DNA of 42,884 nt from positions 1 to 42,884 of the forward strand of contig NW_021831901.1 of NCBI RefSeq assembly GCF_006345805.1, given 5' to 3'. Position 1 is the first letter of the stretch; every line of letters starts with the position of its first letter. The notes under the pieces were generated by a model. The model was given only the letters and a program-made list of their open reading frames with translations. It was not told where the DNA came from and searched no databases. Below, one piece after another: positions 32,157-42,884 of the stretch. Source of the stretch: Octopus sinensis. Lineage: Eukaryota. The position numbers and the translations under genes were made by a program.

Positions 32157-32655
32157 TACAGTGAATATATTGTCGTCTAAATTACACAAAAAAGAAAATA
32201 ACACAGACATCTCGTTTTAACAAGATGAAATACTAACAGTAAATTTATTCAATAAAATCACCATTGCCTTCATCCCGATGGAATTCGGAAACTCCTGCAA
32301 CTCTTCTGGGCGGTCTTCTTGTTTATGTTGGTGAATGCTGCTATAATTCTTGCCTTCAGTTCCTCTTTGGTGTTACAAGGATTCTTCTTGGTCTCTCACT
32401 CAACTTCTCCCACACATAATATTCAAGGGGATTGCAGTTTGGGGAGTTAGGTGGCCAGATGTTAGGGGTGATGTGGTCGCAGAAATTGTCTGACAGCCAT
32501 GACTAGGTTCTCCTGCTTGTGTGATATGACGCAGAGTCTTCCAGCAGGGACTTCAAGCAGTCTTGTTTTTGCCCCAGGGCAGCACTACCTCTTCTAGGCA
32601 CTTGATGTAGACCTCCGTGTTTAGCCTAGCATGAGGCCGTGTGGAAAGTTGAAAG
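32157..32655 (-). mobile_element. 3' fragment of a maT/DD37D-type Tc1-mariner transposon
   Basis: LNTEVYIKCLEEVVLPW, EDSASYHTSRRT*SWLSDNFCDHITPNIWPPNSPNCNPLEYYVW (cf. QQDSAPxH...WPPNSPDCNPLDYxVW), NTKEELKARIIAAF, EGNGDFIE*. Terminal sequence near 32157. Confidence 0.85.
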
Positions 32656-32759
32656 ATGACTATATGCATATAAATAAATAAATAAATAAATAAATATATG
32701 TATTATGTATGTATGTATTCTTATGTATGTATATGAGTACATATACACATTTATACTTT

Positions 32760-32915
32760 CGCTCTCTGCTTATTTCTGTGTTCCTTTCTGTTGAAGAGCG
32801 TACGCTCGAAACGTAAAAGACTTTCTCACTTCCCGAGCGTTAAACTAATTCATATCTTTGTTATTTACACACCAGTCTTCGTCTTTTGTTTCTTTTTTGT
32901 AAATTCCAACTACAC
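32760..32915 (+). repeat. Penelope-type terminal repeat fragment containing a hammerhead-like motif at 32784-32819
   Basis: CUUU-CUGUUGA-A-GAGC(GUAC)GCUC-GAAAC-GU-A-AAAG; same family as 19410-19580. Confidence 0.7.
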
Positions 32916-33016
32916 CCCCCCACACACACACACGTATCCATACATATTTATACATGCACAAATATATGTACAAATGTAGATATAAACTTATAAATACATA
33001 CACATACACACATATA

Positions 33017-33233
33017 CGGAAGTGTGCTGAAAAGTTCATGGCTTTTGCGTAAAAGAAAATACGGGAGGACCAGTTGATTATGATTTTATTCAACATATTT
33101 CTCTTTGAGATTCACCCACATATTACAGCAGTCCTTTAGTTTTCCTAAGCCATGTAAAAGAACTCGGATGGTTGGGTCTCCAAGCAGGCCCTTCACGATA
33201 CTCTTAAAGTCGGGAACTTTTCAGCCCCACTCG
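33017..33233. mobile_element. Mariner-derived MITE (~217 bp)
   Basis: TA|CGGAAGTGTGCTGAAAAGTTCATGGCTTT ... AAAGTCGGGAACTTTTCAGCCCCACTCG: imperfect ~29-bp TIRs of the CGAGGGGxTGCTGAAAAGTT type. No ORF. Confidence 0.8.
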
Positions 33234-33283
33234 GATACACACACACACACACACATATTTATATATATATATATACACACACT

Positions 33284-33339
<56 letters not shown>

Positions 33340-33410
33340 CATATATATATATTATATATATATATATATATAATATATATATATATATAATATATATAAT
33401 ATATATATAC

Positions 33411-33452
<42 letters not shown>

Positions 33453-33544
33453 TATACGTATATATATTCTGTAATTTACTTTCTGTATAGGGATAACTAT
33501 TTTTACCTTCTGTCACTCCATATACTGACATACATATATATATC

Positions 33545-33659
33545 ACGAGATCACGTGACCGACCAGACCATCAGATGTTGTTACACATCGCTGGTCACAA
33601 TGCGTTCGCATTGTTTTAGCCTTCGAATGACGCCACCCCGCTGGCTAAGCGAGCAGGTC

Positions 33660-33660
<1 letters not shown>
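33545..33660 (+). repeat. Short element Z (~115 bp) bounded by (TA)n; inverted copy at 42771-42878
   Basis: cgtgaccgaccagaccatcagatgttgttacacatcgctggtcacaatgcg...ccccgctggctaagcgagcaggtca matches the reverse complement of the last ~110 bp of the window. Confidence 0.88.
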
Positions 33661-33691
<31 letters not shown>

Positions 33692-33725
33692 ATATATATA
33701 TATTATATATATATATATATATATA

Positions 33726-33775
<50 letters not shown>

Positions 33776-34074
33776 ATATATATATTATATATCCACACTA
33801 ATATATATATATATTATATATATATATGATATATTTATCGTCATATACTTCAGTGTATGTGTATAGTTTGGCGTCAACCGGTTTGTCGGTCCATGTTTAT
33901 GAAAAATAAAAACGCATATGAGACAATGCATATATAAGTAGGTAGAGACAGAGTAGAGAAAAGTTTACATACACGTTCACACACATGACAACCACGTACA
34001 CGCCCCAACATGAACATGCAGACACACACATACATGTGTGTGCATGCATATATGTACATATATATTTTTTTACA

Positions 34075-34330
34075 TTTTATCCTTGACCTTTAACTAGCTT
34101 CAGTCATTTGCCTGCGGCCATACTAGAATACTGCCTAGAAGGGTTTTAGTTTTTGAAAAATCAACCTCAGATCTTAGCTTTAAAGCTTAGTACTTATTGT
34201 TTCGGCCTACTTTGCTGGTAACCAAAGTTACCAAAAGTTTCGATAAAAGAGAGCAGCAGAATAAGAATTAGGCTTTAAAAAATAAGCCCTGGGGTGGATT
34301 TCTTCAAAAATGACGGAAATAAATAAAAGA
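34075..34330. mobile_element. Two oppositely oriented degenerate SINE family A 3' fragments
   Basis: Minus-strand piece ttcagtcatttgcctgcggccatactagaatactgcc...agtacttatt, then plus-strand piece agaataagaattaggctttaaaaaataagccctggggtggattt. Confidence 0.55.
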
Positions 34331-34409
34331 TACATATACTTATGCATACATGTTCACTTCTATACATGAGCATGTATTAAGCACACACGCACAAATATAA
34401 TAATTTTTT

Positions 34410-34600
34410 TTTTCTACTCTAGGCACAAGGCTCCAAATTTTTTGGGGAGGGGACCTGTTGATTAGATAGACCCCAGCACGCAATTGGTACTTAATTTATC
34501 GACCATCGGCGGAATTTGAATTCAGAACATAAAGACAGACGAAATACCGCTAAGAATTTCGCCCGGCGTGCTAACGTTTCTGCTGCCAGCCGCCGCCTTA
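34410..34600 (-). mobile_element. SINE family B with an internal deletion
   Basis: Reverse of aaggcggcggctggcagcagaaacgttagcacgccgggcgaaattcttagcggtatttcgtctg...gtcgataaattaagtacc...ggagccttgtgcctagagtagaaa. Confidence 0.8.
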
Positions 34601-34626
34601 TATACATTTTATTATATCTATCTATC

Positions 34627-34686
<60 letters not shown>

Positions 34687-34802
34687 ATATATATATTATT
34701 ATATGTATTATAATTATATGCATAAATATATATCATATATTTTATGTACATGTAAACCAATATTTTATATAGATATCTATACACACACACACAGGGACAC
34801 GG

Positions 34803-34834
<32 letters not shown>

Positions 34835-34841
34835 GCATATA

Positions 34842-34934
<93 letters not shown>

Positions 34935-34935
<1 letters not shown>

Positions 34936-35272
34936 GGTATGTATGTAGGTATGTATGTCATTATTCAGTTCAAGATTTCTTACTAATAGAGAAAGTCCCG
35001 GTCTCTAACCTAGATCCAATGTTCCTTTATAGGAATCTCAACATCGATAGCAGGTTATTTTTGTTTGTATGTATGTATGTACGTATGTATGCACGTATAT
35101 GTGCAGATTTATATGTTTTATATATGTATTATCATGCATATAGTTGCATGCTTATATAAATGATAAAATTTTGGAATGTTTTACAGATTTCTACAGTTCC
35201 AGTGATGAACTGGATCTGTTGTCTTCGAATTCGCTTTCTCCTTTCTGGTTTCAAGAAACCTAATTTCTCAAG
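34935..35272 (-). repeat. Element X, uninterrupted copy
   Basis: Reverse complement of 4130-4275 and 4885-5030. Confidence 0.8.
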
Positions 35273-35430
35273 ACTGGTATTTACACAGTGTGTTACATAT
35301 CCCAGGGCCCCCAAAATTACATGTATGTATGTATGCATTTATGTATGTATAAATTTATGTATGTATGTAATCTCCATCTATATACGTACATAAATATATA
35401 CATAGATAGACTAATACATAGACAGACAGA

Positions 35431-35806
35431 CAGTGTGTTAATTTGATGTACACCCATGGTTGAAGAGTGTAACGTTCTAGATACTGTCTCTGGAGTTAAG
35501 ACTGACAGCAAAACAGGATTTCATAACCTAAAGAGTATAACATGGGATGTTTCAGCATAATGATATTTCTCAAGCGAGTGAAAAATCGCTGAGAGCAGTG
35601 ATAAAATAAGAAATTTTACGAGTAATCACTGCTCTTAGCGATTTTTCATTCGCTTGAGTAATATCAATATGATGAAACATCTCATATTACGCTCATTATG
35701 TTATGAAACCCTGTTTACAGTCCGTCTTAACTCCAGAGGCAGTAGCTAAAGCGTTACACACTTTAAAATGTAGGCAACCATGTGTGTACATCGAATTGAC
35801 ACACTG
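35431..35806. repeat. 376-bp foldback (long imperfect palindrome), MITE-like
   Basis: The left arm cagtgtgttaatttgatgtacacccatggttg...ctcaagcgagtgaaaaatcgctgagagcagtgat pairs with the right arm atcactgctcttagcgatttttcattcgcttgag...caaccatgtgtgtacatcgaattgacacactg around a 22-nt spacer (35603-35624). Confidence 0.92.
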
Positions 35807-35827
35807 TCTATCCGGCTGTCTATCTAT

Positions 35828-35913
<86 letters not shown>

Positions 35914-35956
35914 AGTGTGTGTGTATATGAATATAAATATATGTACATGCATGCAC

Positions 35957-35992
<36 letters not shown>

Positions 35993-36006
35993 TATATGTA
36001 TGTATA

Positions 36007-36052
<46 letters not shown>

Positions 36053-36378
36053 CTTATTTGGAAATAGATGCGTGGCGTTCAATTAGATAACAACAACAAC
36101 AACAATAATAATAATGATAATAATAATAATAATATACATATACACATACATATATGTGTGTGCGTGTGTGTGTGTGTGTGTGTATGTGTGTGCATATATG
36201 GGTACAAGACGTCACTAACTGTGCGAACAACATGAAATACGCGAACAAGCGAGTTTAATACGCCAACAACGAGAGAAAAAATGGCAAACAGGACAAGTAA
36301 ACACAAAGAAACGACCCTTTATCAGTTGTCGGCTACCTACTTCTCAGATTGTATGTATATGTGTATGTACACCACACA

Positions 36379-36474
<96 letters not shown>

Positions 36475-36990
36475 CGTATATATATGTGTGTGTGTATATA
36501 CTTAAATATATATGTATGTATGTATATATAATGAAGACAGAGTTGGTTAAGTATGAAATGGCAAAAGGCAAAATGTTAAGGAAAATCTGAAAAACAAGTG
36601 TCGATAAAAATTTGAACGAGAGAGGATATTCCCTTCCACCTTGTGGCTTAATAGAAACGCCTGCCTCAGATAGTAAGTATCCTTATAATAATCGTGTGTA
36701 TGCAAATAGCAATTTGATTTCACACTTACCCTGGCCGCTGTTGCTACTACTGTTGTTGCTACTGTTGTTGCTGTTGCTGCTGCTGCTGCTGTTGGTCTAT
36801 TGTGTTGGTCTCTTTATTTTCACTTTGCAGTTTATGTTGTTGCTGTACTTGTTTGTGTGCCAGCTGTTGATTTAGATTTTGTGCTCATTGTGCACTACAA
36901 ATGTTATTATTGTTATTATTCTGCTATTTTCATTCCCGTTGTTATTAAGGAAGTATTATTTTTCTTATGTATTACTATCATTACAATTAT

Positions 36991-37180
36991 GGAGGCGCGT
37001 GGCTTAGTGGTTAGAGTATCAACATCATGATCGTAAGATAGTGGTTTCGATTCCTAGACCGGGCGACGCGTTGTGTTCTTGAGCAAAACACTTAATTTCA
37101 CGTCGCTCCAGTCCACTCAGCTGGCAAAAATGAGTAACGCTGCGATGGACTGGCGTCCCGTCCAGCTGGGGAACACATAC
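36991..37180 (+). mobile_element. tRNA-derived SINE family D with a CORE-like segment
   Basis: A box TGGCTTAGTGG, B-box-like GTTTCGATTCC, then tgtgttcttgagcaaaacacttaatttcacgtcgctccagtccactcagctggcaaaaatgag, which resembles the MIR CORE tgtgaccttgggcaagtcacttaacc..cctcagtttcctcatctgtaaaatggg. Confidence 0.82.
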
Positions 37181-37910
37181 CCCAATTATAATTATAATTA
37201 TAATAATGATAATAATTCATATTACTATAATTAGAATGAGGTGAGCTGGCAGAATCGTTAGCACGCTGGACGAAACGCTTAGCTGTATTTCGCCTGTCAC
37301 TACATTCTGAGTTCACATTCGGCCGAGATCGATTTAGCCTTTCATCCCTTCGAAGTCGATAAATTAAGTACCAGTGAATCGCTAGGATCGATGTTATCAA
37401 CTAATTCCCTCCCCAAAAGTTTCAGGCCTTGTTCCTTTAGTAGTAAGGATCATTATTATAATAAAAAAGGCGGCGAGCTGACAGAATCGTTAGCACGCTG
37501 GAGGAAATGCTTCGCTACATTCTGAGTTCAAATTCGGCCGTGGTCGACTTTGCCTTTCATCCTTTCGGTGTCGATAAAATAAGTACCAGTTTGGTATTAG
37601 TGTCGATCTAATCGACTGGCCCCACTCCCTCAAAATTTCATGCCCTGAGGCTATAGTAGACAGGATTATTATTATCATTAGAAGGCGGCGAGCTGGCAGG
37701 TTCGTTAGCTGGCCGGGTGGAAAGCTTAGCAGTATTCCGTCTCTCTTCGTGTTCTGAGTTCAAATTCGGCCGAGGTCGACTTTGCATTTCATCCTTCCGA
37801 GGCCGATAAATTAAGTACCAGTGAAACATGGGAGTCAATGAATTTTCGACTAGTTCCTACTAATAATAATTCTAATAATAATAATAATCTTTTCTACCTT
37901 TGTAGAAAAG

Positions 37911-37944
<34 letters not shown>

Positions 37945-37964
37945 TATTATTATTATTATTATTA

Positions 37965-38518
37965 GAGTGAGAGAGCAGTGCATGTCACCAACGTAACACT
38001 GGGGTAAAATATTCGAAGCCCAGTATACCCATCATGACTATACGTCTGATAAGGGAACACCAGGCAGATGCATCACAACCATATGTGCGCGACATGGTGA
38101 TCTCATATCAAGATAAACAGCGCATGACCTTGCAGGTGGGGGCCCAGTTAGACTTTTCTTCTGGTCGAGTAGCCCATCCCGCTCAAAAGGTCCCTGAATA
38201 AGGATTGTTTAAGGATGTTGAACGAGCCACCCATGTTTCCAAATGTGAACTATCCAAACCTCCAAGAATTCCTTTCAACACATGGCTATGATGCTCCCCC
38301 ACTGCTTCTGCTTGTGATCAGAGATGAACATATCGTCAGCCACTGAAGGACATGGTCAACTGGTTAAGATCAAACAACTGACAAGCAAATCTGTGGTATT
38401 GAGCAGAATATTTGCTGTAGCCCATCTTTTATACCAAGACAAAACAATGTACATAATACTTCCAATCTGTTAAGATCATGAGCCATGAGAGCCACTGTCT
38501 GTTACTGCATCGAGGCGA
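37965..38518. mobile_element. Element Y copy 3
   Basis: Same termini (gagtgagagagcag ... tactgcatcgaggc) and (ATT)n flanks as copies 1 and 2. Confidence 0.9.
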
Positions 38519-38519
38519 C

Positions 38520-38568
<49 letters not shown>

Positions 38569-39399
38569 CATCATCATCATCATCATTATCATCATCATTA
38601 TCATTATTATTATTATTTAGATGGCAAGCTGTCAGAATCGTTAGCCCTGAAAGAAATGGTTGGCGGTATTTCGCCTGTCGCTACATCCTGAGTTCAAATT
38701 CTGCCGAGGTCGACTTTGCCATTTATCTTTTTGTGGTTGATAAAAAAAGTACCAGTTGATGTAATCGACTCATCTCCTACCCCCCCCCCCCAAATTGCTG
38801 CCCTTGTGGTAAATTATGAAACCATTATAAGGCAGCGTTAGCATGCTGGGCGAAATGCTTAGCGGTTTCTCGTCTCCTAATACGTTCTGAGTTCATATTC
38901 GTCCGAAGTCGACGTTGTCTTTCACCCTTCGGGGTCGATAAATTAAGTACCAGTTGCATACTGGGGTCGATCTAATCGACTGGTCCATTCCCCACCAAAC
39001 ATAATGACAGTGTGGATGGTATGGGTTGTTGTGAAGTTAGTGATTACTGAGAGGATGGTATTTGTGTAAGGGTTTGGGACTGGATCTCACAGAGGCAATG
39101 AGAGGAGACCGAGACCTTTGGACATCTGCTGGCAGAAACGTTAGCACGCCGGGCGAAATACTTAGCGGTATTTCATGTCTTTACGTTCTGAGTTCAAATT
39201 CCGCTGACGTTGACTTTGCCTTTCATCCTTTCGGAGGGGTGGGGGGGTCGATAAATTAAGTACCAGTTGCATACTGGGTCGATCGAATCGACTGGCACCC
39301 TCCCCGCCAAAAACATTGACAATGAATATGGTATGGGTTGTTGTGAAGTTAGTGATTATTGACGGGATGGTATTTGTGTAAGTGTTTGAGATGGTAGTG

Positions 39400-39545
39400 T
39401 TGGGATGAGTTGGGGAAGCATGAGTTTCGAGCATTGGATCTCACAGAGGCAATGTCAGAAGACCGAGGCCTTTGGAGATATGCTGTGATTGAGAAGACTC
39501 GGCAACTAAAGTTAGATCGCAACCCAGAGTACCCCTGATGCGTCG
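39400..39545 (+). mobile_element. RTE C-terminal remnant (shorter copy at ~39080-39130)
   Basis: WDELGKHEFRALDLTEAMSEDRGLWRYAVIEKTRQ, homologous to the ORF2 end of the RTE at ~10330-10430. Confidence 0.75.
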
Positions 39546-39999
39546 GGCGATATATGCTTGTGAAGACTAGCAAAATGCCTCGGAACATTTATTGTACTCT
39601 TTACAATTTACGTCCAGTATACCACCGTAGTCAACTTTTCTTTTAATTCCTCTCGAGTTTAGTACTAGTCAAGCGATGGGGCGGGGTGATTTAATCGAGT
39701 CACTTCACCACCCCAATATTTTGCTGAGTGTAAGGCGGCGAACTGACAGAAACGTTAGCACGCCGGGTGAAATGCGTAGCGGTATTTCATCTGCCGTCAC
39801 GTTCTGAGTTCAAATTCCGCCGAGGTCGACATTGCCTTTCATCCTTTCGGGGTCGATAAATTAAGTACCAGCTGCATACTAGGGTCGATCTAATCGACTG
39901 GCCCCCTCCCCGCAAAAACAACATTTCGGGCCTTGTGCCTCGAGTAGAAAAAAAATATTTTGCTGAGTGTGTATGTTCGAAACGTTTATTAATAATAGT

Positions 40000-40594
40000 A
40001 TCAGCTGTAGTAACAGTACTAGTAGTACTAATAGTAGTTCTGTTATCGTAGTTATAGTGGTTGTGGTGTTAGCTATGAGATTAATAGTAGTAGCTTTGAT
40101 TATTATTACTGTAGTAGTCGTTGTCGGCGTTTGTGTCGTTGGTCTTGTAGCCATAGTTACTGTTGCTGTTATTGTTACGTTATTTTACCGACGTTGTTGA
40201 TTGTAGCTCTAATTATTCTTCGTTCAACGAAGCTGTTGACAGCGAGGATAGTATGGGTTGTTGTGAAGTTAGTGGATTACTGACGGGATTGTATTTGTGT
40301 AAGTGTTTGGGATGGTAGTGTTGGTAACTAAGACTCATTGTTGTCATGACGGTGGTGATAGTGATGACGTTGTTGTTGTTGGTGGTGGTGGTGTTAGTGG
40401 TGTTTGTGATGGTGTTTTTGTTGGTGGTGATGGTGGTTGTGGTGGTGGTGCTGCTGCTACTAGTGTTGTTGTTGCTGGTGGTGGTGGTGGTGGTGGTGAG
40501 TGCATGTTGTTTCGTTTACGTACTAACAAAATTTGGTATAGGGATATCTCCATTAACCCATTCAAGATTTCCACCGCATGATTTACGTAATATA

Positions 40595-40634
<40 letters not shown>

Positions 40635-41152
40635 GTGAGGATGATGATGATGATGATGGTGAGGATGATGATGATGATGACAACGACGACGACGATGACG
40701 ACAACGACGACGACAATGATGGTAGTAATGATGTCATTTATACTGATATTTTTATACATGCACAAGGACACAATTTGGTTTAAAGTAATCGTCGATTGTA
40801 GAGTTCACAGTACTTTAATGGTACTTCATTATACAGGTTTCAAATTTTGGTTTAAGGCCAACAAATTTGGACCCGAAAGGATAAAAGACAAAGTCGACTT
40901 CGGCAGAATTTGAGGTCATTTTATGATATTGCCTCCGAATGACTGGCAGTCAATACGGATTTCGGTAAAATTTGAACTCAGAATGAAGAGACGAGACAAA
41001 TACCTGAATGTATTTTGTACGACGCACTTGTCATTTATTCTCACTCCTTATCTCTTTCATTGTTTCGTCATCATCATCATCATCGTCATCATCATTGTCG
41101 TCGTCGTTGTTATCGTCGTCGTCAGCAGCAGCAGCACTACTATTACCGCAAG

Positions 41153-41216
<64 letters not shown>

Positions 41217-41295
41217 AAACTGCCACAAACATGATAATGATAATGATCATCATCATCACACCGCTAGCACCACCACCACAACTACCATCACCACC
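40000..41295. repeat. Mosaic of trinucleotide simple repeats (TAG, GTT, GGT, GAT, GAC, CAT, CTA, CAC), with SINE B fragments at ~40865-41000
   Basis: Direct; generates the poly-V/M/D/T/Y/H ORFs. Confidence 0.9.
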
Positions 41296-41296
41296 A

Positions 41297-41634
41297 AGGG
41301 TAAAGACCCCCTTCGGTCATGATTGACCATGGGATTGCACCTAGAAAGTTACCCTCCTAGACACAAGTCCGGACAAGGTTGTTTATGGAAGACCAGCAGT
41401 CGCCCATGCATACCAGCCTCCCCTCTCCACGCCACCAATGTTATCCAAGGGAAAGGCTAAGGTTGATACAGCTTGGCACCAGTGACGTCGCAACTCATTT
41501 CTACAGGTGAGTGAACTGGAGCAACGTGAAATAAAGTGCCTTGCTCAAGAACACAACACGCAGCCCGATTCGGGATTCGAGCTCACAACCTCACGATCGT
41601 AAGCTCGATGCTCTAACCACTGAGCCATGCGCCC
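41297..41634 (-). mobile_element. tRNA-derived SINE family D variant, full length
   Basis: Minus strand gggcgcatggctcagtggttagagc (A box TGGCTCAGTGG)...gagctcgaatccc (B-box-like), the same CORE-like segment as 36991, then a different 3' half ending atgaccgaagggggtctttacc. Confidence 0.88.
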
Positions 41635-41829
41635 TACACAATATACACGTTCCTTCCTGCCCTCATTATTCCTCCCCCTAAGGTTAATTAAACTTATTTC
41701 ATTTTTATTTCATTTTGAGGTTCTTTTCTCACCTGTACAAACACAACACATGCTCACATATACGCGCTAGAGTAAATCCAACCATTCATCAAGACATCCA
41801 CCCGTCCCTACGCAAACGCACATGCTCTC

Positions 41830-42170
41830 ACACATACGTACATACATACATACATACATACAAGCATGCATGCATACATACATGCATGCATACATACCTA
41901 CATATATACATGCATACATGCATACATACATGCGTACATGCATACATACATGCATGCACACATATATATACATGTGTACATGCATGAATGCTTGCAAACG
42001 TACAAACATGCAAACATGCATACATGCATACATATATGCATACATACATACATGCATTCATGCATGCATACAACGATACAAACATATATACATGCATACA
42101 TACATACATACATACATACATACTTACATACATAGATGCATACATGCACACACATATAACGCATACATAC
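41830..42170. repeat. Degenerate (CATA/CATG)n tract
   Basis: Direct. Confidence 0.9.
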
Positions 42171-42445
42171 AAAGGCATATAAAGAGATAAAAACACGCGT
42201 CTATGCAAGTACTGATACCAACTCTCATACACAAACATATACGCACCAGTGCACATAACATTCACGCACATTAACAATCATGCGCATAGGTGCGCACAGG
42301 TACAGACATGAAAGCTGTTGAGATGCATGGATAAATAGACTACTATGCCGACAGGTACACATATACACCTATACCCATGTACTCGAATTATAGGATTATA
42401 GATAAATGTGTGTGTCTATATATCTATATATATATATATAATATA

Positions 42446-42489
<44 letters not shown>

Positions 42490-42517
42490 ATAATATATAT
42501 ATATATATATGTATGTA

Positions 42518-42594
<77 letters not shown>

Positions 42595-42609
42595 TTATAT
42601 ATATATATG

Positions 42610-42648
<39 letters not shown>

Positions 42649-42731
42649 ATATATATATTATATATATAATATATATATATATATTATATATATGTATGTA
42701 TATATCTATATAATATATATATATATATATG

Positions 42732-42770
<39 letters not shown>

Positions 42771-42773
<3 letters not shown>

Positions 42774-42878
42774 CCAGCTCGCTTAGCCAGCGGGGTGGCG
42801 TCATTTGAAGGCTAAAACAATGCAAAGCGCATTGTGACCAGCGATGTGTGCAACATCAGATAGCTGGTCGGTCACGGT
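42771..42878 (-). repeat. Short element Z, second copy
   Basis: Reverse complement of 33555-33660; begins directly after (TA)n. Confidence 0.85.
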
Positions 42879-42884
42879 GTATAA

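Larger units (their letters stand above)
37239..39970 (+). mobile_element. Cluster of seven co-oriented SINE family B copies (~37239, 37469, 37684, 38619, 38832, 39125, 39732)
   Basis: Each has (g)gcgagctggcagaa.cgttagc..., a B-box-like GAGTTCAAATTC and gcctttcatcc.ttcggggtcgataaattaagtaccag. The last copy is flanked by a 17-bp TSD aatattttgctgagtgt (39715-39731 and 39954-39970). Confidence 0.9.

Noticed and set aside
36991-37065. tRNA genes at SINE heads (also 41560-41634 and 17164-17235)
   Set aside because: A/B boxes are present, but acceptor stems do not close and each continues into a repeated SINE body.
40346-40913. Poly-Asp, poly-Met and poly-Val ORFs resembling acidic low-complexity proteins
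   Set aside because: They are overlapping frames of (GAT)n/(GGT)n repeats, with no splice signals or complex domain.

Overview
AT-rich, repeat-saturated animal genomic DNA with no confidently identifiable host gene. The mix of (TA)n, (CATA)n, (GATA)n and (AAT)n microsatellites, tRNA-derived SINEs, and RTE, R4/Dong and Penelope retroelements points to an octopus or other coleoid cephalopod (inference, not verified). Almost every ORF in the supplied track is a microsatellite artefact. The real coding remnants are all decayed transposable elements: a CR1-type RT, an RTE ORF2 3' half, three R4/Dong-type CCHC/restriction-like-endonuclease fragments, Penelope RT and GIY-YIG fragments, and mariner, Tc1 and maT transposases. 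The most notable structures are: (1) a 5.3-kb same-orientation stack (9823-15126) of (TAA)n-embedded Dong-like LINE ends, a Dong-RTE fusion, and an unexplained ~555-bp non-coding element present three times full-length, always inside (ATT)n; (2) a ~550-bp non-autonomous RTE-5'UTR-like element whose 5' end folds loosely like an HDV-type ribozyme; (3) several minimal Penelope-type hammerhead motifs, two sharing a non-canonical core base; (4) non-autonomous Helitrons joined head-to-tail by a CTAG|TC junction; (5) a 376-bp foldback; (6) seven co-oriented SINE copies within 2.7 kb; (7) two non-repetitive islands with exon-like or coding-like character. All coordinates and identities were read by eye and are approximate unless a terminus is quoted. 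Repeat labels (A, B, D, X, Y, Z) are my own.
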